The notes: a model not told the origin generated them from the letters alone. Shown: positions 35,296 through 43,812, numbered from the stretch's first letter. The stretch: 64,000 nucleotides of DNA from Candidatus Multivorans sp. (GCA_965224025.1 OZ245033.1:1376001-1440000), one strand, 5' to 3'. Numbers and translations: made by a program.

Positions 35296-35616
35296 ATGAA
35301 GAAGTCAAAGCTGGTCTTTCTCGTGGCCGTGCTACTCACGCTGTTCGCCGTTCCGGCTCTGGCGCAGGACGGCGAGGGGGAGGACGGCGGCGGCGCCAAT
35401 CTCGGCCTGCTGGGGGCCGCCGTTGGGCTCGGCATCGCCGCGGCCGGCGGCGCGATCGGTCAGGGTCGGGCGACAGGCGAGGCGTGCGCTGGATTGGCGC
35501 GCAACCCGGGTGCCGGTGGCCGCATTCAGATCATGCTGCTCATCGGTCTGGCGTTCATGGAGTCGGTCGTCCTCTACACTCTGCTCATTGCGCTTCGCGG
35601 CGCCGGTTTCTTCTAG
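35296..35616 (+). CDS. atpE: ATP synthase Fo subunit c with a signal-like N-terminal extension
   Basis: GxGxAAxGGAIGQG, RNP loop, FMESVVLY. Confidence 0.95.
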   Translation: MKKSKLVFLVAVLLTLFAVPALAQDGEGEDGGGANLGLLGAAVGLGIAAAGGAIGQGRATGEACAGLARNPGAGGRIQIMLLIGLAFMESVVLYTLLIALRGAGFF

Positions 35617-35837
35617 AGATCAGGAGCGCCTCTTTCGGCGCGCATCGGCCATATTGGCGTGCCCGGGCTGAGCGGGAAGCGGTGAACCTGGTAGAGCCAG
35701 TTGCTTGCTGACCGCCGCAAAGCCAACGCGGGAGTAGAGATGCAGGTCCAGCGGTTCTTTCCGCCGGACTTGGCATCGAATGTGCTGCCCCACGTTTGCA
35801 AGATGCCGCAGTCAACACGCGCGGCCGGGGGGTAGAG

Positions 35838-36455
35838 ATGAACGCGATGGCCGATCACAGTGGTGGTTGGAACTTCGATGCCGAGGTGCTGCCCTTCAAG
35901 GACAGCCTCTACAGTACGGCCTACCGGATGTCCCGGAACCGGCAGGACGCCGAAGACTTGATCCAGGAGACCTATCTTCGGGCGTACAAGTACTACGACA
36001 AGTTCCAGGAAGGGACGAACTTCAAGGCCTGGCTGTTCAAGATCCTCAAGAACACGTTCATCAACCGCTACCGCAAGCGCCAGCGGCAGCCGCTGAAGAA
36101 CTCGTTCGACGACATCGAGGGCGCCTTCGAGTGGAAGCTCCTGGAGTCGCCGTTGACGGCCCGCGGCAAGACGCCGGAAGAAGACCTGCTTGAGGGCGCC
36201 CTGGATCAGGACGTCAAGAGGGCACTCGAGGCTCTGCCTGAGGACTACCGGACGGCCGTCGAACTGGCCGATCTGCAGGGACTGTCCTACCGCGAGATTG
36301 CCGACCGGCTCCAGATCCCCCTTGGAACGGTGATGAGCCGGCTCTACCGGGGGCGGCGCAAGCTGGAGACGGTCCTGCTGCGCTACGGGCGTGACCACGG
36401 CTACATCCGTTCCGGCATGCCCCGGAAGATGCGGTCCAGGCAGGATGCGGCCTGA
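35838..36455 (+). CDS. ECF RNA polymerase sigma factor (SigH/SigR-like)
   Basis: DAEDLIQET, FQEGTNFKAWLFKI, LSYREIA...GTVMSRLYRGR. Confidence 0.92.
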   Translation: MNAMADHSGGWNFDAEVLPFKDSLYSTAYRMSRNRQDAEDLIQETYLRAYKYYDKFQEGTNFKAWLFKILKNTFINRYRKRQRQPLKNSFDDIEGAFEWKLLESPLTARGKTPEEDLLEGALDQDVKRALEALPEDYRTAVELADLQGLSYREIADRLQIPLGTVMSRLYRGRRKLETVLLRYGRDHGYIRSGMPRKMRSRQDAA

Positions 36456-36574
36456 GGGCGGCTGTCGGAGGTTCCCGAGTCGACACGGTTCTTCGATCCT
36501 GGGAACCCCGGTGGCGCGATCCGCGCCACTCGCGAACCACTCCGTGCGCCCGTCGTCGGGCGCGCGGATGGCAC

Positions 36575-36617
36575 GCGGGCATCCTGCCCGCATCCGACGC
36601 GAAGCGTCGGCTTCCGG
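36575..36617. repeat. REP-like double-hairpin repeat, copy 1
   Basis: gcgggcatcctgcccgc plus ccgacgc-gaa-gcgtcgg; 40/43 identical to 53065-53107. Confidence 0.8.
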
Positions 36618-36712
36618 AATAGTCCTGTCCCGACGACGCCGCACGCGTGCAGAATGCTCGGCGACGTGGCAGAATAGTGCCTTCGGCCGCGCCCTTCCGA
36701 CTCCGCCAAACT

Positions 36713-38056
36713 GTGTATTCCAAGCAACTTGCAGGTTGGATCTGCGTTTCGGTCCTGCTCGCCGGGACGGCCGTTCTGGGCTGGCTCGCCCTGAAGCCCC
36801 GGCCCGGAAAACTGGTTCTGGCCATTCCCGACGCGGGGGTTGACCGGGCGGGCGGCGCCGACGCCGACGAAGGCCAGGGCCTGGATGCCACTGCCCTCGA
36901 CCGGGCGCCCTTCCCTCTGGAGAACCGCATTCGAAGCGGGGACACGCTGGACCGCGTACTGCTGCGAGCGGGCGTTCCCGACTCCGAGCTGTACCAGGCG
37001 TCGAGGGCGGTAAGCGAAGTGCTCGATCCACGGAGGCTCCGAGCCCGTGACCCGGTCTATTCCATGGTGCGCCAAGGCGGGGAGTTGGTGGGTATCAAGC
37101 TGCCGCGCCGGGGCCAGGGCGTGGTGGTCGCGGAGCGAACGGACGGCGTGTGGAGCAGTCGCTACCGTCCCTTCCGGCGGGCCCACGTGCGACGGTCGTT
37201 TGCCGGCGAACTGCGGGGTGCCCTTGAGAGTTCGATTCGTCGGGCCGGCGGGCCTCCCAGCCTCGCGAACAGCATGGCCCGGGTGCTGCAGTGGGACCTG
37301 GATTTCAACCGCGATCTTCGGGTTGGCGATCGCTTCGAGATCCTCTACGACGAACTGCTGCTCGACGGCAAGTTCGAGAGTGTTGCAGCCATTCACGCGC
37401 TGCGCTACCGGAACCGGGAACGTTGGCTCGAGGCGTACCGCTTCAGCGATGACGGGGGCGCCGAAGGCACGGCGCCGGAGGGTGCCGTCGCGCTGGCGGC
37501 GACGGGACCGAACCGCTACTACGATGGCGAGGGGCAGCCGCTGCGACGGCAGTTCCTCCGTTCCCCGCTTCCATACTCCCGCGTCACGTCGCGGTTCTCC
37601 CTGAATCGCTTCCATCCGATCCTGAAGCGGCGCATGCCCCACTACGGCGTCGATTACGGGGCGCCGGTCGGAACCGCCGTGCGGGCGACTGCCGACGGCG
37701 CCGTGGCCTCGGCAGGCACTCGTGGCGGCGGCGGCCGAACCGTCCGCCTGCGTCATGCCAACGGCTACGTGACGTCCTATCTCCACCTGTCCGGCTATGC
37801 GGAGGGGATTCGTCGCGGCCGTCGCGTTCAGCAGGGTCAGGTGGTCGGTTACGTGGGTTCGAGCGGCCTCTCAACCGCTCCCCATCTCGACTACCGGGTG
37901 CAGCGCAATGGTCGTTGGATCAATCCCGCCACCCTGGTCAACGAGCCTGTTCCGCCGCTGGCCGATGCCGTGCTGCCTGCCTTTCTCCGGCACTGCGACG
38001 CGCTACGCCGGGAACTCCGCGGCGCGGACAGTTCCGTCGTTAGCGCGGGGCCGTAG
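36713..38056 (+). CDS. M23 family peptidoglycan DD-endopeptidase (MepM-like)
   Basis: N-terminal TM helix; RFHPIL, HYGVDY, YLHLS, STAPHLDY. Confidence 0.92.
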   Translation: MYSKQLAGWICVSVLLAGTAVLGWLALKPRPGKLVLAIPDAGVDRAGGADADEGQGLDATALDRAPFPLENRIRSGDTLDRVLLRAGVPDSELYQASRAVSEVLDPRRLRARDPVYSMVRQGGELVGIKLPRRGQGVVVAERTDGVWSSRYRPFRRAHVRRSFAGELRGALESSIRRAGGPPSLANSMARVLQWDLDFNRDLRVGDRFEILYDELLLDGKFESVAAIHALRYRNRERWLEAYRFSDDGGAEGTAPEGAVALAATGPNRYYDGEGQPLRRQFLRSPLPYSRVTSRFSLNRFHPILKRRMPHYGVDYGAPVGTAVRATADGAVASAGTRGGGGRTVRLRHANGYVTSYLHLSGYAEGIRRGRRVQQGQVVGYVGSSGLSTAPHLDYRVQRNGRWINPATLVNEPVPPLADAVLPAFLRHCDALRRELRGADSSVVSAGP

Positions 38057-38113
38057 GCGGTGCGTCGCGGCCGCGCCGCGGCGACGGGCGTCGGCAGGTC
38101 ACCCGCCCGTCTT

Positions 38114-38273
38114 GGGGCAGTAGGGGCCGGCTCCCAGGTGACGTTCGCGCTTGAGAGGAGATGGGAGGTGTTGCGCTCACTCCGCCTCACTCGCTCCGGT
38201 TTGGCGTTGGATCATGTGCTGTCGTCGGGCGTCGCTCGTTCAGAGGCACCTGGGAGCCGGCCCCTACTGCCCC
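38114..38273. repeat. REPIN/MITE-like element with perfect 27-bp inverted repeats
   Basis: 38114-38140 is the exact reverse complement of 38247-38273; 106-bp spacer; arms contain GTAG. Confidence 0.8.
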
Positions 38274-38433
38274 GACAGGGCTGGCGGTCGTTGCCGAGAG
38301 AGCTGGCACAGCTAGTAACTAGCCAGCCAGGGCGGGTTGGGGAACGCGCCTAGGGTTGCTGTACTGGGCTTTGCGTACCGCGTCTTTCGAGAAGCGCGGG
38401 TTCCCGGGCGGGTGGCCTTGGCCTCGACCCGAG

Positions 38434-39876
38434 CTACTCGAGGGAGCGGGCGCGTTCGCGGAGGATCGAGTAGGCCTCGGAGCGGGAGAGTTCGTCGTCG
38501 AGCTGGAGATTGAAGGTCTCGCTCCAGGCGCCGGTCGCCGGATCGGTCTCGACGTAAGCCAGCGAAGACCCGTTCTCCCAGGCGACCACTGCCCCGGTGC
38601 CATTGGGCGAGACGAAGATCTTCTGCTGGCCGCTTCCGGTCGTGGGGGCCGCGCGCTCCGATTTGACCTGCAACCGGGCAAGGTGCTGGACGTAGCCGTC
38701 GCCGACCGGTTGGGCGGCGGCGAGGAGCACGTGGCCGTTTCCGTTCGCGGCCCCCTCCAGTAGATCGCCTTCCTGGGATCGAGCGCCAACCAGCACGATA
38801 TGAACTCGGGCAGCACTGGAGATGCCTGTCAGACCGTCCTCAGCGCACAAGTCCGCCGCGCGATCAACGAGTACATTCTCTACGTCTTGCGCCAATGGAC
38901 TGAGCACTCGGCTCCGAATCCGGCGACCCACGAGCACGATGTGTACACGGGCCGCTTCGGCTACCGAGGTGATCGCGTCCGCTTCCTCGTTCTCGATCCG
39001 CAGGCAGAGATTGGTGGATTCCAAATGATCTGCGAGGCTGTCGGCGAGTTCTGCCAGTTCGACTGCCGGTGTGGAGAGTTCCAACTGGACGAAGGCTCCG
39101 CTGGCGCTATCCGCGAAACCGATGACAACCGCGTTGGACTCGGAGGCGGAGTCGACGGTGGGTGCCTTGAGCAGACTCGCCGGCACTTCGCCGTCGAACG
39201 GATCGTCGATCAACTCCTGCGATACGTAGTCGTTCAGCCGGTGAACGCGGCGCCACGTGGATGCAAGCTCGCCGTTGATGAGAACGACAGGCGCGTACAT
39301 GGCCCTCTCGCCATCGGCCGTGTTTTCCGACCAGACGACATGAAGGACGGTTCGGGCGCTCGACAGGCCGCTACTTCCTTCCGCGAGTTCGAATCGATCG
39401 TGCGTGACGGCGAGGCGCGGGGCCGACTTGTTGCTATAGATGTTGCCGGAGACTTCAATGGTGTCGGACCATTCGCTGCCGTCGAAGGAGGCCAGGTTGA
39501 TCCGCGTCAGGGTCGAGTCGTTGTTGCTCGACCAAACGACGTAGAGCCGGCCGGTGGAGGCGTCGAAGAACAGCGACGGCGTCTTGTCGCTGTCGTCCGC
39601 CTCGCTGCCGGGCACCAGGTGGTGCTCGACCGTGCCGGAACCGCGCCGGGCCTCTAGCAGTAGGACTTCGGCTTCGGCCGAGGCTTCGCTGCCATCCGGG
39701 AACAAGTCGACGTAAGTTCCGATGACGATTTGGTAGACATCGCCGCTCTTTCCCAGCACCGGTGCGCTGTTCGCGGCATGCAACGCACCGTTGCCGAACA
39801 GCAATGCCAGGACTGCTGCACCGACCGTGCCAGCCAGTCGTCCCCCGTTCGAGATTTTCTTGAGCATGCGCTTCAT
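38434..39876 (-). CDS. Secreted hypothetical protein with a duplicated AARVHIVLVG peptide
   Basis: Signal peptide ending ALHA; beta-rich body (LYVVW, LHVVW, AVVAW) with a helical insert holding the two repeats; TGATG overlap with the upstream TPR gene. Confidence 0.85.
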   Translation of the reverse strand: MKRMLKKISNGGRLAGTVGAAVLALLFGNGALHAANSAPVLGKSGDVYQIVIGTYVDLFPDGSEASAEAEVLLLEARRGSGTVEHHLVPGSEADDSDKTPSLFFDASTGRLYVVWSSNNDSTLTRINLASFDGSEWSDTIEVSGNIYSNKSAPRLAVTHDRFELAEGSSGLSSARTVLHVVWSENTADGERAMYAPVVLINGELASTWRRVHRLNDYVSQELIDDPFDGEVPASLLKAPTVDSASESNAVVIGFADSASGAFVQLELSTPAVELAELADSLADHLESTNLCLRIENEEADAITSVAEAARVHIVLVGRRIRSRVLSPLAQDVENVLVDRAADLCAEDGLTGISSAARVHIVLVGARSQEGDLLEGAANGNGHVLLAAAQPVGDGYVQHLARLQVKSERAAPTTGSGQQKIFVSPNGTGAVVAWENGSSLAYVETDPATGAWSETFNLQLDDELSRSEAYSILRERARSLE

Positions 39877-40886
39877 CACGCTCTCAGGTTCACCACTTGC
39901 CGGACATCGAGCGACATGAGCACATTCGCAAGTCCAGTCTGCTCGGGATAGAAGCGCTGCTGAAGCTCGTGGAAGAACTGACGCGCCCCTTCGGTGTCCC
40001 GGTCCAGTATGGCCGCCTGTCCCAGCAGGTACAGGCTGTTCTTGACCGCATCCCAGTTTTCGTGCTGGCGGGCCAAGTTCAGGGCGCGTTGGCCATGCCG
40101 CTTTGCGTCGCTCGGCCGGTTCAACTCTAGGTGAGCGAAACACAGGTCCAGGTGCGGCAGTATGCTGAGTTGGACCGCTCCTTCGCGCCGAAAGGTGCGG
40201 ATGCTCCGGTAGACCAACCGAAGCCCCTCCCGCATTCTGGCACGACGAAAGCCCTTGGCCCCGAGCGCACTGACGAGTAGGCAGTGGCCCAGATTCGTCT
40301 CGGCGCTGGCTGTCCAGGCAGGCGGTGCGCCGTTCGCGTCGCGCAGCGCCGTTCGGTAACAGACAGCTGCCTCAGTTTCCCTGCCTTCGGCCACTAGGAG
40401 GTTACCCATGAGAGTCTGCGCCAAGCCTGTGAGGCCGTCGCGCTCGACATACACCGCACGATCGCGGAACAACCGGGCATAGAAGAGCGCCTTCTTGATC
40501 TGCCCCTCCAACTCGTGCGCGCGGGCCAAGGTATAGGAGGCCAGACAAGAGTTGTGGTCGACGGTGGTTCCGAGCAGGATCGGCCGCAGTCTGGGCATGA
40601 CCTCGGCCCCGTTCCCGAGTTCGGTCTCCGCCGCTCCCCAGCCGCAGAGGGCCTCGTCGGCCAGGTCGGCTTCGCCCGCGGCGGCGGCGACTTGGGCGGC
40701 CTGTCGATAGACGGCGGCGGCTTCCCGGTACGAGCCCGTGGCGACCAGTTCCCGCCCGCGGTCGCGGAGCGTCTCGAAGTCCTCGGTCACGTCGGTCGCG
40801 CACGCCTCCACCTCGGGCGCTGGAACGCGCTCCGGGATAAACGTCGGCTCAGGCGACGAGTGGGTGGGAAGAACTGTGGCGGTCAC
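39876..40886 (-). CDS. Cytoplasmic TPR-like helical-repeat protein
   Basis: No signal peptide; repeated helix pairs (GSYREAAAVYRQA, GQIKKALFYAR, GRETEAAVCYRTAL, NSLYLLGQAA); TAGAAT 9 nt before the GTG. Confidence 0.8.
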   Translation of the reverse strand: MTATVLPTHSSPEPTFIPERVPAPEVEACATDVTEDFETLRDRGRELVATGSYREAAAVYRQAAQVAAAAGEADLADEALCGWGAAETELGNGAEVMPRLRPILLGTTVDHNSCLASYTLARAHELEGQIKKALFYARLFRDRAVYVERDGLTGLAQTLMGNLLVAEGRETEAAVCYRTALRDANGAPPAWTASAETNLGHCLLVSALGAKGFRRARMREGLRLVYRSIRTFRREGAVQLSILPHLDLCFAHLELNRPSDAKRHGQRALNLARQHENWDAVKNSLYLLGQAAILDRDTEGARQFFHELQQRFYPEQTGLANVLMSLDVRQVVNLRA

Positions 40887-41217
40887 TGGTAACCGATTCT
40901 ACGCCATAACGAGTGGAAGGTGGTAGGCGGCTGGAACTGCCGTTGTCGACGACCTGCCGCGGGGCCTCGACGGCCGAGTATACCCGCATAGGCACCGCCT
41001 GCAGCACGGCGATAGCCGTGCCTTCCGATCTCTCTTGTGCGGCAGGCCTTCGTAGCCGCGGCGGCCGTTCCCCAGGCTCGCCCAAGAGCAAGAGCGCCGT
41101 CCCTGACTTGAACAGGAACGGCGCCCAAGGGGATTCGTCGCGGGAGCGTACTGGCGGCTGGTCGCTCACTAGTCGTTCAGACCGCTGCCAGCCTCGCGCC
41201 GGCGATCCCAAGTTGTC

Positions 41218-41400
41218 TCAGAACGCCAGGCGAAAGGCGGCCGCCACGGCGGACCGCACCACCTTGCCCGAGATTCGCGGAGCCATACGGCTGACCGCCT
41301 GCTGCACGATCCCGCCATCCGCTTGCCGCTCGGCGGTTCCGGAATTCCGGCTGCCTTCACGTCCAACGAGGACGATGTGGGCCCTTGCGCAAGTGCACGG
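41218..41400 (-). other. Unannotated reading frame containing ARAHIVLVGR (small peptide gene or pseudogene)
   Basis: Hand translation: PCTCARAHIVLVGREGSRNSGTAERQADGGIVQQAVSRMAPRISGKVVRSAVAAAFRLAF*; no in-frame canonical start codon before the motif. Confidence 0.5.
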
Positions 41401-41459
41401 CGGTGCGTCTCCCGCAGCGCCAACGAAGCCGGAATCGACTGGACTACAATGCTCGCTCC

Positions 41460-41752
41460 ATGATCCGGTCGTTCGTCGATCGAGCCACCGAGGACATCTT
41501 CGACGGCGCGGCGACGCGAGCGGCTCGGAGAGGGTGTCCTCCTGCCGTTTGGCGTGTTGCCCGAAGGAAGCTCACGCAGCTCAACCAAGTGGACGAACTC
41601 CGCTATTTGGCTGTGCCGCCGGCAACCGCCTGGAGCGGCCGCGAGGAGATCGAGCCGGTCAGTACAGCATCCGAATCAACGACCACTATCGAGCCTGTCT
41701 TGTCTGGGAGGGAGGCTATGCCGACGACGTCGAAATCGCCGACTACCACTGA
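41460..41752 (+). pseudogene. higB: HigB-family toxin, frameshifted
   Basis: MIRSF.DRATEDIFDG..RKL..L...LAVPP, 1-nt deletion near 41621, then GNRLE..RGDRAGQYSIRINDHYR...EIADYH. Confidence 0.88.
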
Positions 41753-41783
41753 GGCGGCTGCGGGCAGCCGCGGTGGAGGAACT

Positions 41784-42107
41784 CTGTCCGCACGCCGGTT
41801 GCCACGGTGTCAACCCCCGGCGCACCCGGGAGAGATGCTGCTCGAGGAGTTCCTGAAGCCGTTGGGCATCTCGCAGTCGGCATTTGCCCGGAGGCTGGGT
41901 GTCTCCTATCCGCGCCTTCGTGGGATCGTCCATGCCAAGGGCACCGTGACTGCAGATACGGCGTTGCGGTTGGCCCGAGTTACCGGGATGACCGCCGAAT
42001 TCTGGCTCGGCCTGCAGCAGGACTGGGATCTCTGGCACGCTGCACGGTCCAGGAACGCGGCAGCCATCGAGGCACTGGAGCCGCTGCGTACCTCGGCTAC
42101 TTCGTAG
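41784..42107 (+). CDS. higA: HigA-family antitoxin
   Basis: HPGEMLLEEFLKPLGISQ, HTH, TADTALRLA, EFWLGLQ; GGAGG precedes an in-frame CTG at 41784, so the start is uncertain. Confidence 0.9.
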   Translation: MSARRLPRCQPPAHPGEMLLEEFLKPLGISQSAFARRLGVSYPRLRGIVHAKGTVTADTALRLARVTGMTAEFWLGLQQDWDLWHAARSRNAAAIEALEPLRTSATS

Positions 42108-42205
42108 CCGCCGCGTTCCCGCCGGCGTCCGGCGAGGGTGCGCCGGGAGGGGCGAGGTACGCGGGCTAGACTGGCAGGCATCGCCGAACGGGCGAGTGCA
42201 TGCCG

Positions 42206-43812
42206 ATGGCCGAGCGCTTCTTCAACACCTCCGGGCCGGTGGTTCCGGCCAAGCACTACAGCATCCCGCCGCTTGAACGGTTCGACCTCGCCGAGGTCCT
42301 GCGCCTGATCGGGGACGAGCGGTACTTCGTGCTGCACGCGCCGCGCCAGACGGGGAAGACGTCAGCGCTGCTGGCGCTTCGCGACCTGCTGAACGAGGGG
42401 AACGAGTACCGCTGCGTCTACGCCAACATCGAGACCGCACAGACGGCGCGCGGCGATGTCGGCGCGGGGATTCGGACCGTGTTGGCGGAGATCTCGGAGC
42501 AGGCGCTTGTCGCTCCGGGCGACGACTTTCTGGATGGGATGTGGGAACGGGCGCTTGCTCGGGCGGGTCCGCACGGCGCCCTGCGGCTCGCGTTGGGCCG
42601 TTGGTCGCAGAACGATGTCAGGCCGCTGGTCCTGTTCCTGGACGAGATCGACGCGCTGGTGGGCGACACGCTGATCTCGGTGCTGCGCCAGTTGCGGGCG
42701 GGGTACGCCAACCGTCCGGCGGCCTTTCCCCAGACCGTGATCCTGTGCGGGATCCGCGACGTGCGTGACTACCGCATCCACTCGGAGTCGGGGGACGAGA
42801 TCATCGCCGGCGGCAGTGCGTTCAACATCAAGGCGGAGTCGCTGCGGCTGGGCGACTTCGACGAGGGCGACGTGTGCGCGTTGCTTGGCCAGCACACCGG
42901 GGAGACGGGGCAGCCGTTTACCGAAGCGGCGCTCGCCACGGTATGGAACCAGACGGAAGGTCAGCCGTGGCTGGTAAACGCGCTGGGCTACCAGGCCTGC
43001 TTCAAGGCCAAGCCTGCTCGGGACCGCTCGCGGCCGATCGACGAGAAGCGGTCATGGAGGCCAGGGAGGAGTTGATCCTGGGCCGCCAGACGCATCTTCA
43101 CCAGTTGGCGGACAAGCTGCGCGAGGAGCGGGTGCGGCGGGTGGTGGAACCCGTCCTGAGCGGCGGCGCGGCCGGCCGAGCCAGGCCCGACGACGTGGAG
43201 TACGTGCGCGACCTTGGACTCCTGGCGCCGGGTGGCACGGCGCGGATAGCCAACCCGATCTACCGGGAGGTGATCCCGCGGGAACTCAACTACGCCCGGG
43301 AGGCCATGATCGTCCAGGAGACCGAATGGTACGTGAAGCCGGACGGCGACCTCGACGTGGAGGGTCTGCTGGCGGCCTTCCAGCGGTTCTTCCGGGAGCA
43401 TTCGGAGCACTGGCTCGAGCGGTTCCAGTACAAGGAAGCGGGTCCGCAGTTGCTGCTGCAGGCGTTCCTTCAGCGGATCGTGAACGGCGGCCGCCGGATC
43501 GAGCGCGAGTACGCGCTGGGCAGCCGCCGCACGGATCTGCTGATCGTGTGGCCGCCCGGCCGCTTCGGCGGCGCGAGCGAGCCGGCCGAGCCCGCGCGCC
43601 GCTACGTCGTGGAGTGCAAGATCCTGCGGGGGAGCCTGGAGGCCACGATCCGCGAGGGGCTGAAACAGACCCTGGCCTACATGGACAAGTGCCGGGGCGA
43701 GTCGGGGCATCTGGTGATCTTCGACCGGGACGGGTCGAAGCCGTGGGAGGAGAAGATCTTCCGGCGCGAGGAGTCGCTGGACGGCCGGGCCGTGACCGTG
43801 TGGGGTGCCTGA
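42206..43812 (+). pseudogene. AAA-like ATPase with a C-terminal PD-(D/E)XK domain, split by a frameshift near 43044
   Basis: FFNTSGP, Walker A APRQTGKT, Walker B FLDEID, GQPWLV; continues in ORF 42874-43812 as EAVMEAREEL..NPIY..REY..RTDL..VECK. Confidence 0.82.

Noticed and set aside
35660-35710. Possible autoregulatory ECF promoter (GGAA...GTT)
   Set aside because: Spacing is about 2 nt too long for the SigH/SigR consensus.
41090-41135. SPWAPFLF resembles the CHAT-domain C-terminal WAxF motif
   Set aside because: No catalytic HG or SAC motifs nearby; too short to support the call.
41339-41350. Perfect palindrome ccggaattccgg upstream of higB
   Set aside because: About 95 bp from the higB -10 box, too far for a typical HigA operator, and a single 12-mer can arise by chance.
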